IMG/VR virus record: IMGVR_UViG_3300025770_001492
Span: 1-64,000 of that record
DNA: 64,000 nucleotides
Strand: one strand, 5' to 3'
Part shown: positions 8,782-17,815 of the stretch, piece by piece
How positions within the stretch are numbered: position 1 is the first letter of the stretch
Layout of the letters: the number at the start of each line of letters is the position of its first letter
Notes under the pieces: generated by a model
The model's database searches: none
Told to the model about the DNA's origin: nothing
The model's input: the letters and a program-made list of their open reading frames with translations, nothing else
Program-made: the position numbers and the translations under genes

Positions 8782-9414
8782 CTAAAAAGTGTAATTTTTG
8801 TTCGGTTTACGACAACGAATTTGCCACGAAACCGAGTATTCCCGCAATCCTTTATTTTCTAAGAAACTTGTTTTCTTTCTCAAAACAAGCCCTTCAATTT
8901 CATCTCGATCAATAAATTTTTTGAACTCTCCACAAAAATCAGAATCAAAAGTTTGAGCCAAAAATATGTTTTCTGTCACCCTTTTTGCCAGACCTCCTGA
9001 CTCTAAGTCTTTCGGTGAACGACAAATTTTATCCAACATGTCTAACCTCTCCAATTGGTTAGGCTTACGATACAGATATCGGTCAGCCTGTAAGAGATCA
9101 AACAAAACAATTCTGTTTTTGTAGTCAGCAGATTTTGTTTTAAAGGATAGAAGTTCACTGTCAATCCAGTATTCTTTTCCTTTAATTAAATTTAAAGAAA
9201 TAATTTCTTTCTTGATGGATTCCGTAGGACTGAATTGCTTGTGGCAATCACCATGGCGACTGAACATGCTTACACGCCCATCGCAATCAACATGTATTAA
9301 ATTTCGAGTTCCATTGAATTTTCTTTGCACAACCCACTGGCCTGAAGATTCGTATTTTCCCAAAGCATTAGGAGAAATTCGTCCTTTGGGTCTGGGTGGG
9401 AACAATATCTTCAT
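8782..9414 (-). CDS. ATP-dependent ligase-type nucleotidyltransferase, adenylation domain only
   Basis: QRKFNG (motif I), IDSEL, LFDL, IEGLVLRK; about 210 aa, no OB fold. Confidence 0.75.
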   Translation of the reverse strand: MKILFPPRPKGRISPNALGKYESSGQWVVQRKFNGTRNLIHVDCDGRVSMFSRHGDCHKQFSPTESIKKEIISLNLIKGKEYWIDSELLSFKTKSADYKNRIVLFDLLQADRYLYRKPNQLERLDMLDKICRSPKDLESGGLAKRVTENIFLAQTFDSDFCGEFKKFIDRDEIEGLVLRKKTSFLENKGLREYSVSWQIRCRKPNKNYTF

Positions 9415-9447
9415 TTCAAAATCTCCTATGATCCTTGGCACAGGAAA

Positions 9448-9475
9448 ATGATACTGATTTTTCTAAGCCTGTAAA
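9448..9475 (-). promoter_or_regulatory. promoter TTTACA-N16-TATCAT
   Basis: Same architecture as the 5265-5424 repeats, upstream of the ligase-like gene. Confidence 0.6.
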
Positions 9476-9500
9476 GCAAATTTTAAGGAAAATTCCACCT

Positions 9501-9974
9501 TTAGTCATTACAACGATTATCTTCCCTAGCCTTCGCACAAGCTTCGACAGCCAAGAAATCGCAACGCTCGTTCTCTGGATGCCCAGAATGGCCTTTCACT
9601 TTATGATAGCTGATTTCATGGATTTCTTTAAGCTCATCCAACTTCTTCCACAACTCAATATTTTTAACAGGCTCTTTCTTGTTTTTCACTCCTCTTCTCT
9701 GCCATCCCTGTACTTTCCATTTTGGCATCCATTCTTGCATTCCTTTTAGGACGTAGATGCTATCCGAATATAGAGAAACTTGACATGGTTCGATCAACTT
9801 TTCCAAGCCGCAAATAACAGCCATCATCTCCATTCGATTGTTGGTCGAATCGGGTTCTCCACCACTGCCCTCTAATTCTGCTTCGGACTTATCATGCCGC
9901 AAAACAAAGGCCCAACCACCCGGTCCTGGATTTCCACTGCATGCTCCGTCAGTGAATAAATCTACCTTCTTCAT
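9501..9974 (-). CDS. rnhA: ribonuclease HI
   Basis: FTDGACSGNPGPGGW, TNNRMEM, YSDSIYV, VKGHSGHPENERCD. Confidence 0.97.
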   Translation of the reverse strand: MKKVDLFTDGACSGNPGPGGWAFVLRHDKSEAELEGSGGEPDSTNNRMEMMAVICGLEKLIEPCQVSLYSDSIYVLKGMQEWMPKWKVQGWQRRGVKNKKEPVKNIELWKKLDELKEIHEISYHKVKGHSGHPENERCDFLAVEACAKAREDNRCND

Positions 9975-9975
9975 A

Positions 9976-10662
9976 TCAATACTCCTCTATACATTGAAAA
10001 TTAGACTTACACCTGTTGCATATGGCATCAATCGCATTTGGGCTGGTAGGTCGGATACCTGATCGAAAAGACGAACCGCATTCGCACTCGTATTTTAGAA
10101 AAAATTTCTTTTTCTTCTGAGGAGTGAATTTTAAAACAGCAGAAGATAGAGTCTGGATGTCAATAAAAATTTCTTCAGCGATCTCCTTGAGAATCTTATT
10201 GTCTGCATCCTTGGGAGCATAGACGCAAGTTTGATGACCATTGTGCGCCGAAGCTACTGATAATTTCGTGATAGAGTATCCTTGATTCTTTCTTCTCCCA
10301 ACATAAAAACCAGCGTTTATAGCAGTTTCTAAAAACTTCTTATTGTGATACTGATTCGATGTGCAATCCTCTTTTTTGTCCAGACAATTTTTCACATGGC
10401 ACATTTCATGGACGTACTCTTCTACCAAATTTTCCTTGAAACGTTTCATGTTATCATCGTTCTCTATATCCTCTGGGATCATTTTTATAAATCCAGTTCC
10501 AATTGACATATGAAACGATTCTGGGACGAAACGAAAAACATCTTTTTTCTTAGGCTGGAAAATATGCGTTGGCATTTTTAGATTTTTTCCAAAAACAACC
10601 TCGTTCAAGTTTTCAAACACAGCCTCAAGCTCTTGAACTAGAGCTATCTTCTTTATATTCAT
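9976..10662 (-). CDS. SprT-like zinc metalloprotease with C-terminal zinc ribbon
   Basis: HEMCH, YHNKKF, KYECECG...CNRC. Confidence 0.7.
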   Translation of the reverse strand: MNIKKIALVQELEAVFENLNEVVFGKNLKMPTHIFQPKKKDVFRFVPESFHMSIGTGFIKMIPEDIENDDNMKRFKENLVEEYVHEMCHVKNCLDKKEDCTSNQYHNKKFLETAINAGFYVGRRKNQGYSITKLSVASAHNGHQTCVYAPKDADNKILKEIAEEIFIDIQTLSSAVLKFTPQKKKKFFLKYECECGSSFRSGIRPTSPNAIDAICNRCKSNFQCIEEY

Positions 10663-10671
10663 CACTATCTC

Positions 10672-10703
10672 CAAAAAAAAATCCCACTTTTTCAAGTGGG
10701 ATT
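10672..10703 (-). terminator. rho-independent terminator
   Basis: AATCCCACT/AGTGGGATT with A-run. Confidence 0.7.
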
Positions 10704-10709
10704 TAGCGT

Positions 10710-10868
10710 TTAACCTTCGTCTTCAAATATTTCAGTCCTGACGATCTTGACTTCCTCTGGAGCCTCGATACCAAGACGAACAGTGTTTCCCTTGACAGAC
10801 AGCACCTTCACCACAATGTCCTTGCTGATTGCGATGCTCTCGTCTTTCTTCCTTGACAAAACAAGCAT
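10710..10868 (-). CDS. csrA: second CsrA homologue (52 aa, missing from the ORF track)
   Basis: Manual translation MLVLSRKKDESIAISKDIVVKVLSVKGNTVRLGIEAPEEVKIVRTEIFEDEG; SD GGAGGTG. Confidence 0.92.
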   Translation of the reverse strand: MLVLSRKKDESIAISKDIVVKVLSVKGNTVRLGIEAPEEVKIVRTEIFEDEG

Positions 10869-10912
10869 TTTTCACCTCCATGATTAGCTTGAACCTCTGA
10901 AACTAAAACGTA

Positions 10913-10941
10913 TCATATAGATAGTTACGAACTCAGTCAAC
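10913..10941 (-). promoter_or_regulatory. sigma70-like promoter TTGACT-N17-TATGAT for the second csrA
   Basis: Canonical hexamers and spacing (coordinates approximate). Confidence 0.55.
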
Positions 10942-11082
10942 ATCCTTTTCTTCGTCTTTCTTAGACCTTTTCTTCTTTGTTTTCTTTGACTTTTTCTTTT
11001 TTCTAAAAATCATCTCCCAATTTTCCTCATAGGTTTCCCTGTTTACCGAAGATGGTCTTCTTGCAGATCCTTTTCCGTTCAT
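10933..11082 (-). CDS. small basic phage protein (49 aa)
   Basis: Manual translation MNGKGSARRPSSVNRETYEENWEMIFRKKKK...; GKGS..RP...ENW..IF pattern is recurrent in phages. Confidence 0.7.
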   Translation of the reverse strand: MNGKGSARRPSSVNRETYEENWEMIFRKKKKSKKTKKKRSKKDEEKDVD

Positions 11083-11153
11083 TTATCCGTCCTTATTCGA
11101 GGTCTGCCGAAGAACTTACTTTAAAAAACCAGTTTTGTAAATTCCAATTTCAG

Positions 11154-11181
11154 TTTACAGCATTTTTCTATCGAGTATAAT
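11154..11181 (+). promoter_or_regulatory. promoter TTTACA-N16-TATAAT
   Basis: Hexamers upstream of the small lipoprotein gene. Confidence 0.7.
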
Positions 11182-11218
11182 AACGTGCATAACTCTTTTT
11201 TCCAAGAAAGGAATCACG

Positions 11219-11362
11219 ATGAGAAAAGTTTCTGTGGTCGCAATTCTAGTTACAGGGGTCTTGTTTTTATGCGGTTGCTCAACAACCATGAAAACAAAAA
11301 CTCAACTAGGAAAAGTAGGAGAATCAGAATATCATTTGCAAGTGCAGGCATTTGAGTGGTAG
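11219..11362 (+). CDS. small lipoprotein (47 aa)
   Basis: MRKVSVVAILVTGVLFLCGC signal peptide/lipobox; SD AAGGA. Confidence 0.7.
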   Translation: MRKVSVVAILVTGVLFLCGCSTTMKTKTQLGKVGESEYHLQVQAFEW

Positions 11363-11370
11363 AATCCGAA

Positions 11371-11407
11371 AGCAGGGACTAACTTAAATTAGTCCCTGCT
11401 TTTTTTT
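11371..11407 (+). terminator. rho-independent terminator
   Basis: AGCAGGGACTAA/TTAGTCCCTGCT plus T-run. Confidence 0.85.
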
Positions 11408-11417
11408 AAGGTCACAA

Positions 11418-11789
11418 GTGAATTCACAAAAAAACTATCTAATTGACATTGATGGAACGATTACAGATGACGTTCCAAACGAAGAGCCTGAGAGAATGGA
11501 AACATGTTTGCCGTATTCAGGAAGTGTAGAAAAAATAAACCAGTGGTATGAAGAAGGTCACATAATCACTTTTTTCACATCAAGAACAGATGAACATAGA
11601 GATGTGACAATAAACTGGCTAGAAAAACATGGATATAAATATCATCATTTGCTATTGAACAAGCCAAGAGGCGGAAACTATCATTGGATAGATAATCACA
11701 TTGTTAGAGCAACAAGATACGAAGGCGTATGGAACGATCTGATTAAGGTTCAAAAAGAAATTGAAGTGTTTGAAGATGTTTGCAAGTAG
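11418..11789 (+). CDS. HAD-superfamily phosphatase (small, capless type)
   Basis: DIDGT, FFTSR, LNKPRG, WIDN. Confidence 0.8.
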   Translation: MNSQKNYLIDIDGTITDDVPNEEPERMETCLPYSGSVEKINQWYEEGHIITFFTSRTDEHRDVTINWLEKHGYKYHHLLLNKPRGGNYHWIDNHIVRATRYEGVWNDLIKVQKEIEVFEDVCK

Positions 11790-11997
11790 AAAGCCCGTTG
11801 CCGGATGGCGGCTGTTTCACTGTGAAGAATGTAACGATAAACGCTGGATCGCAACAAGAGACTGCGACTCTCCAAGTGGAGAAGATTGTAGAAAATGCCA
11901 CGAATGGGTTCGTCCCATCCATTCCTTGCCTGATACGAGTTTGGAAACTGATCAATCAGGAAATTTGAAAAAGTATCCTCCAGATAGAGTTGAGTGA
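11776..11997 (+). CDS. zinc-finger protein
   Basis: CEEC and CRKC pairs. Confidence 0.5.
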   Translation: MFASRKPVAGWRLFHCEECNDKRWIATRDCDSPSGEDCRKCHEWVRPIHSLPDTSLETDQSGNLKKYPPDRVE

Positions 11998-12848
11998 TGG
12001 AACTAAACATTTGGAGACTTCACCCAAAGGGAATGAAGTTCGTAAAAGCAGAAAAAACACTCAATGGCACTGCGCATGCCGGTGGTGTTAAATTCTGCAA
12101 ACCATTTTCGTCAGTCAACTCTCTTGGATGGTGGATATTCCCCGCAGTAGATATGGACATCAAATGGGACGGAGAGAACTACGAACACAAATTGCTAGAA
12201 CCATATTCTAATTCTGACCATCAGTTGGTTCAATCTTTGTTGCATGAGGATGCAGAAGTAGAAAAATTCTGCCCCGCTAATGGCGGAAGATCTAAGTTTA
12301 CTTTTGGCTCTGTCGAACCAAGTATAGTGCAAATGTGGTCTGGTTGCATTCTGGAAACGCCGCCAGGATGGTGCTTACAGGTTCGAAGTCCCATCAATTT
12401 CGCTCCACAAAAGTATCATGTAATGGAAGGGATTATAGAAAGCGATTGGATGCAATATGATTTGTGGATAAATCTTTCGATAGATGTGAAGAACGAGTGG
12501 ATAAATATCAGGAAGGATTCATGGCCACCAATTGCCCAAATCATTCCCATCAGAAGGGAAAGTGTAGAAGGCGATTGGAAAATTGAAAAAGATAAAATCC
12601 TGAATCGGGAAGATGAAGACGCTAACAGAGTATTTGAATATTGGGTTCAATATAACAAGCAAAAGTTTTGTGAAGGCGGGAAACAATGGGCCAGTCAGGA
12701 TGGGTCAAGAACCAAAGATTCTACAACTTATTGGCGTGAAAGAATGAGGATGATTGGCCGTGAAATGGAGCCAAAAGAAAAAGAAGCTCCAAAAATTTGC
12801 AAGAAGAACACTAAACTAAAAACGAAGTATGTAAGGAAGAAAAAATGA
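11994..12848 (+). CDS. DUF6065-like beta-rich protein
   Basis: CKPF...GWWIFP, TPPGW, RSPIN, GIIESDW pattern. Confidence 0.45.
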   Translation: MMELNIWRLHPKGMKFVKAEKTLNGTAHAGGVKFCKPFSSVNSLGWWIFPAVDMDIKWDGENYEHKLLEPYSNSDHQLVQSLLHEDAEVEKFCPANGGRSKFTFGSVEPSIVQMWSGCILETPPGWCLQVRSPINFAPQKYHVMEGIIESDWMQYDLWINLSIDVKNEWINIRKDSWPPIAQIIPIRRESVEGDWKIEKDKILNREDEDANRVFEYWVQYNKQKFCEGGKQWASQDGSRTKDSTTYWRERMRMIGREMEPKEKEAPKICKKNTKLKTKYVRKKK

Positions 12849-13210
12849 GCTATACAGCATTAGTTTTAGATAATGAATCACACACCAAGTTGGCTTCTGC
12901 TTTTAAAACACCAGAAGGATGGGAAATACTATGTCACCATATGACGATAAACATGGGAAGACCAGACAAAGGTCCGGCAGAGGAACTAATTGGCCAAGAG
13001 GCACCGCTAACAGTTGTTTCTTTAGCAAAAGATGAACTGGTAATGGCTGTTGGCGTGGAGAGTCTAGTTCCTAGCAGCAACCAAATCAAACACATTACGG
13101 TAGCAGTAAATAGAGCGAACGGAGGCAAGCCATTTCTTAGTAACAAGCTAACAAATTGGCAATCAACAACCCCAATGACTTTAAAAGGTGTTGTTACACA
13201 TGTTGGATAA
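12845..13210 (+). CDS. 2H phosphoesterase (tRNA-ligase cyclic phosphodiesterase-like)
   Basis: Paired HxT motifs HMTI and HITV. Confidence 0.7.
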   Translation: MSYTALVLDNESHTKLASAFKTPEGWEILCHHMTINMGRPDKGPAEELIGQEAPLTVVSLAKDELVMAVGVESLVPSSNQIKHITVAVNRANGGKPFLSNKLTNWQSTTPMTLKGVVTHVG

Positions 13211-13267
13211 TCAGAAAGCGAAACGAAGGGGGTGAAAACCTATTTTGCTTGATAGCCCAACCTACTA

Positions 13268-13305
13268 AATGCAGTCATTGCCCGTAAGCAGTGGCTGCAT
13301 TTTTT
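13268..13305 (+). terminator. rho-independent terminator
   Basis: AATGCAGTCATTGC/GCAGTGGCTGCATT plus T-run. Confidence 0.7.
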
Positions 13306-13720
13306 AATTTCCCTCAATTCTTTTCAGGATATCGGTAGTTGAAATATCTTTCGTATATTGCAAATAAACTAAGAGTATATCATTTTCTTCTAGCCACTCT
13401 TGAGTAAAGTTCATTTGCTTCATGTAGTCTTTTTTTGCCCAGTCGTCGCCAATAGCTATTATGTCTGGCCCAACATCTAGAATCGCAGGTTTGCTATCAG
13501 AACATCCTGTGTTTGTAATTACACGATCTACATACTGACAACCTAACAAACTTATCTCACGCTCCTTGTAGGACAGTATTGGAGTTCTTTTAAACTCTGA
13601 TACGAATTCATCTGTATTTAGTGAAACCACCACCTCGCTGGATATCTTGGCGCAATTCTTTAAAAAATTCACATGACCGTAATGAAACAGATCAAATGTG
13701 CCACCTGTATAAAGTATCAT
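13304..13720 (-). CDS. cytidylyltransferase (TagD/glycerol-3-phosphate type)
   Basis: TGGTFDLFHYGH, IGDDW, DISTT. Confidence 0.88.
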   Translation of the reverse strand: MILYTGGTFDLFHYGHVNFLKNCAKISSEVVVSLNTDEFVSEFKRTPILSYKEREISLLGCQYVDRVITNTGCSDSKPAILDVGPDIIAIGDDWAKKDYMKQMNFTQEWLEENDILLVYLQYTKDISTTDILKRIEGN

Positions 13721-14628
13721 CCAAACATCTCCATATATCTCAACATTGTTTCTTCTGAATGTGGAGTCTGCAAATGAAAAAATATAGCATTTTTATAATC
13801 CTTGCAAAGCTGGGTAACATCACAGTGAAGTACATCTGATACTCGCCCTAAGTAGTCTTGATTAACTGATTTTCCATCGGTCTTATAAGAAATGTGGAAG
13901 GAATGGACAGCAAGATTTCTAAAAGAATTGTTCTGGCATAACTCAAGATTCTCTTTATCGCAAAAAGGAGTTGCAATCTCCATCATGTGTTCATCGTGTA
14001 TGTTAATGCCATTTCGAAGCAGCAACCAATCAGGAGAACCTTTTGCTGAGTTATTGACAGATAGTTGGAACTCCTTTAAGTTCTCTAAACCGCTGTTTTT
14101 ACTGAGATCGAAATCTAAATTTTCTATTCTAGCTAATAGCTGTTCTACAAAAGATCTACTCAGCAATGAAAATCCTGTGTTGAATTTCAAGCAATCTCTG
14201 TCTACAGGGTTTCTTTTCCAAAACTCATCTAGAATAAATTTCCTCGGCAAAAGCCAATTATCCCCAACTCTATGTTTGAATTTTTCTATAATCTCTCCAT
14301 CTTTAAACAAATTATGATAGGCTATGTAATTCTTCCCATCACAACGATCTCTGACATCCTTATCTTTGCTTAAAATGACGGTATCCAAATCAAGAAAAAG
14401 TCCGTAGTCACTACCGGAATCCAAGAAGTCATACCACCTTATGGCCTTTCTCAACAGGGGATTGAATTCCTCGTGTTTTATCATCTGCCTAACAAGATAG
14501 TGCCTATCATCAAGAACATTAATCTTGACATCAAACCTAGAAAAATATTCATAGAAGCTACTCATGGCTAAATTATGCCATCTGTGATTGGACGGCATCG
14601 TGTTCAGTATGTAAGTTTCTACTTTCAT
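13717..14628 (-). CDS. GT-A fold glycosyltransferase-like protein (paralogue of 50125-51063)
   Basis: FLDLD DxD motif, FNTGF. Confidence 0.55.
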   Translation of the reverse strand: MKVETYILNTMPSNHRWHNLAMSSFYEYFSRFDVKINVLDDRHYLVRQMIKHEEFNPLLRKAIRWYDFLDSGSDYGLFLDLDTVILSKDKDVRDRCDGKNYIAYHNLFKDGEIIEKFKHRVGDNWLLPRKFILDEFWKRNPVDRDCLKFNTGFSLLSRSFVEQLLARIENLDFDLSKNSGLENLKEFQLSVNNSAKGSPDWLLLRNGINIHDEHMMEIATPFCDKENLELCQNNSFRNLAVHSFHISYKTDGKSVNQDYLGRVSDVLHCDVTQLCKDYKNAIFFHLQTPHSEETMLRYMEMFG

Positions 14629-14732
14629 AACAATTAACGACTGCCTTTAATTTTTATCATAATAAACTATTAATGAGAAAAAGTCATGTTTTTACTAATC
14701 TAAATTAGATAGAAACAGGTGAGGGTGGTTTA

Positions 14733-15314
14733 ATGAGAAAAGCGGCAGTAATAATTGACAGCAGAAGCAAGAAGGAACTCAAAGAAACAATTAATAGGCA
14801 TATGGACTACTTGCCTAACTGGGATCTTGTGCATATCGGAGATACAAAGTTCGAGGTGATGCAAGAATACCAGATGTACATGATGACTCACAATTTTTGG
14901 AAACGCCTTGAAAAATATGACAAAGTATTAATCTTTCAATGCGATACTGAGATACTGAGATTGGGAGTAGATGAATTTCTAGAATATCCCTACACATATT
15001 ATGGTGCCCCATGGGGTCCAAATTTTCCTGGAAAAACCCACAAAAACTTCAAGCTTTCACTAGGAGGAAACGGAGGAATAAGCCTTAGAGATGTGCAGGC
15101 TCATTTAAAGGTTACAAAAAACAGAAAGCCTAGATCAATGCAATATGAAGACATTTGGTTTTGTCGAAATTTGCCAAACGTCGCACCATACGAAATATGC
15201 AAAAGCTTTTCCGTTGAAAGCATGTTTGAGCTAGGAACTGTGTGCGCACATAAAATAGATCAGTTTTTATCTAAAGAAGAATGTTCAAAAATCAGAAACC
15301 AATATAATGCTTAA
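14733..15314 (+). CDS. DUF5672-like glycosyltransferase-like protein
   Basis: LIFQCD, YGAPW, GGNGGISLR, EDIWF, FSVE. Confidence 0.65.
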   Translation: MRKAAVIIDSRSKKELKETINRHMDYLPNWDLVHIGDTKFEVMQEYQMYMMTHNFWKRLEKYDKVLIFQCDTEILRLGVDEFLEYPYTYYGAPWGPNFPGKTHKNFKLSLGGNGGISLRDVQAHLKVTKNRKPRSMQYEDIWFCRNLPNVAPYEICKSFSVESMFELGTVCAHKIDQFLSKEECSKIRNQYNA

Positions 15315-16146
15315 AATAAAAAACAACAAAAACAAATACACAAATATGAAAGCAACTTTAGAAGAGTCTTTCTGGCCTTGCGCTGTTCATCCTAATATGA
15401 TTTGTAAAAAAGGAGAAAAAAGCGATTTCGCCAGAGGTATTGTTGAACATATGATCGACGAAAAAATGTCTGGAAAGCGGATTCTAAACTTTGGATTTGA
15501 AGATTATCCTGTATCGAAAATAATAAGCAAGGAATACAACCCAGAAATTTCTGTTGGATTTAGCTTCTTCCGTTTGGGAAAAAAAAATAAAAAAAACCTT
15601 TTGTTGACTAACGATATTGAAGACGTTCAAGAAAACGGACCATACGATATAATTCTGATCTATGATGTCATAGATCACATTCAAGAAGACCCAGTAGATA
15701 TATTAAAAGAAGCTAAAGATCTACTAAAGAAAAATGGAACAATCTATGTTAGATTTCATCCGTTCTGCTCAAGGAATGCTCTCCACCTGCATCATGATCT
15801 AAACAAAGCGTACATCCACCTGTTGTTCACAGGAAAAGAGCTAGACATGATCGTTCCAAATAATAAAAAGAAATACAATAGAGGGATAATCAATCCTTCG
15901 TTATATGACGACTACATAAAGACCAGTGGGCTAAAAGTTAAATACAAAAGGGAAGTTTTAGAAGTTCGTAATTGGCCGTTTTATACTAGCAAAGAAAAAG
16001 TTTTGAATCCAAGAGTAGAATTAAATGAAATATTCAAAGAAAATAAAAGAAAAATAAGTCAAATAAATGAAGTAAAAAATTGGAAAAGATTTATAGGACT
16101 GATAGACAGGAACATAGAATATATTGATTATGCGTTGGTGAAGTAA
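15307..16146 (+). CDS. class I SAM-dependent methyltransferase
   Basis: YDIILIYDVIDH, LKKNGTIYVRFHP; paralogue of 30552 and 33226 genes. Confidence 0.7.
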   Translation: MLKIKNNKNKYTNMKATLEESFWPCAVHPNMICKKGEKSDFARGIVEHMIDEKMSGKRILNFGFEDYPVSKIISKEYNPEISVGFSFFRLGKKNKKNLLLTNDIEDVQENGPYDIILIYDVIDHIQEDPVDILKEAKDLLKKNGTIYVRFHPFCSRNALHLHHDLNKAYIHLLFTGKELDMIVPNNKKKYNRGIINPSLYDDYIKTSGLKVKYKREVLEVRNWPFYTSKEKVLNPRVELNEIFKENKRKISQINEVKNWKRFIGLIDRNIEYIDYALVK

Positions 16147-16186
16147 AATAAAAGTGTATGAACTCTGTGAGGGCAACTGCATTTTT

Positions 16187-17050
16187 TTAATTGCCTAATT
16201 CTTCCAAAACCTCATTCATGCGACCCTTTGCAGTATGATATTGCAAGGCATGGTTTTTCCCATTAGTTGCTATCAATTGAGAGTCATATGCGATGCGATT
16301 CAGGTAGTAATCGACACTCCTAAATAGGTGTTCAAAATTGTCAACATCATAATAGATCAAATGTTCCCCATCTATAAATTTATTTTTTACAGGAGTTATC
16401 ATTCTGTCAACCAGGACTAAAGGACAGCAGCTAAGAGCCTCAAACAACCTCCAGTCACCTTCCCAGCCTTGGGGATTGCATGTGACTACAATTTTAGAAT
16501 TTAACATTGCATTATAATAATCTTTTTGTATGCTTACCCTTCCAGCAGCCCCGCACTCACCTAAAATACCCGTATGCACTTTGTACTTTTTGCTAAAATT
16601 ATTTTTTATGGCATTTGAGATTTGATTTCTATAATGACGACCAGAAGGTTTAAAAAAAACTGACACATCGATTTCCCTTTTATCAAGAGGTTTGATATCC
16701 CATTTTGTAGCTTCATTTTTAACTATATAACTAATGGGGATTACATTTTTATCGCCATAGTCATGGAACCTGCTAGGAAACTTATCACACACGCTTCTCT
16801 TAAAATACATAAAAACTTTGTCATAAACACCTTTAAGGAGTTTCTGCGAGTCTGAATAGTCAATCATTATGGTTTTCTGTGGAAATTGCACATGATTTCC
16901 CGCATTGCGAAAATCAAAAAAAATGTAGTCTGATTCTTCTTCATTCTCAACTAACTCAAGTTGATCGTGGCTATTTACGCCATCCACTAATATTTTTAAC
17001 GAACCCATGGGGTTTCGATAGTCGCATGGTATATAAATTTTAGTTTTCAT
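16187..17050 (-). CDS. GT-B glycosyltransferase (exostosin/CgeB-like)
   Basis: YYNAMLNSKIVV, DWRLFEALS, EHLIYY. Confidence 0.65.
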   Translation of the reverse strand: MKTKIYIPCDYRNPMGSLKILVDGVNSHDQLELVENEEESDYIFFDFRNAGNHVQFPQKTIMIDYSDSQKLLKGVYDKVFMYFKRSVCDKFPSRFHDYGDKNVIPISYIVKNEATKWDIKPLDKREIDVSVFFKPSGRHYRNQISNAIKNNFSKKYKVHTGILGECGAAGRVSIQKDYYNAMLNSKIVVTCNPQGWEGDWRLFEALSCCPLVLVDRMITPVKNKFIDGEHLIYYDVDNFEHLFRSVDYYLNRIAYDSQLIATNGKNHALQYHTAKGRMNEVLEELGN

Positions 17051-17053
17051 AAT

Positions 17054-17731
17054 TTAAGATGTAATCAAAGGCCCAAACACCTGTTCTATTTCATCGATGT
17101 TCTTGATCAGCTTATAAGTTTCGTTGTTGTTTAGCTTGTGCTTGTTGTCAAGAATCTCCAGCATCTCGTCAGTAACCACAGGACTGTAGCCCAGATACTT
17201 CAGCATCTTTTTGAGTTGGCCTTCTTTGTCACCGAAGTACAAGTCTTCATAGAAAATTTGATGAGCATCTAACTCTTGCATTAGTTGATGTTGCCGCTTC
17301 TTTTTCTTGATCTGTTTGGCCAAGTCTTTAATGTCTATTGTGACTTCGCATTTTTTAAGATCTTCAAAGTATGTGCTTTTTCTCAGTCGGTTCCAATGGT
17401 TGGTGGCAACAGCCAATTGAAAAGACACTTCTGATTCCAATAAGTTTCTTCTTCTGAGTGTAACAAACTTGTAGCCATTCATGGCACATATTTTGTAGTT
17501 CGTTTGTTCGGTAACTTGCCCAAACAGGTGCTTAAATCCGCATCGATTTTTCATCAATTTTGTAATGTGCCCGATGGGTTCCGTGCCCGCTGGCGGTTTG
17601 TTTCTCCAGCCGAACGGCTCCCATAATATTTTGCCATCTATCCGTGGGTGTAAGCCAAGAGTTCGCAGCAGCGCAGACGACCCTGTTCTTGCGTGGGCGA
17701 TTATTCCAAATTTAGAAAAATTATGTAGCAT
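17054..17731 (-). CDS. sulfotransferase (Stf0-like)
   Basis: ARTGSSAL 5'-PSB motif, LRRRNLLES, FYEDL. Confidence 0.75.
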   Translation of the reverse strand: MLHNFSKFGIIAHARTGSSALLRTLGLHPRIDGKILWEPFGWRNKPPAGTEPIGHITKLMKNRCGFKHLFGQVTEQTNYKICAMNGYKFVTLRRRNLLESEVSFQLAVATNHWNRLRKSTYFEDLKKCEVTIDIKDLAKQIKKKKRQHQLMQELDAHQIFYEDLYFGDKEGQLKKMLKYLGYSPVVTDEMLEILDNKHKLNNNETYKLIKNIDEIEQVFGPLITS

Positions 17732-17815
17732 TAGAGGTGATTAATGTAAGGAGATATATGTTGTTTGAAGCCTAGCATTAGAATAGAATATATCAAAACA
17801 AAAGTCAAAATGAAA

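Noticed and set aside
13229-13260. GGGGGTGAAA resembling a tmRNA 5' end
   Set aside because: No matching tRNA-like 3' domain or tag reading frame nearby.
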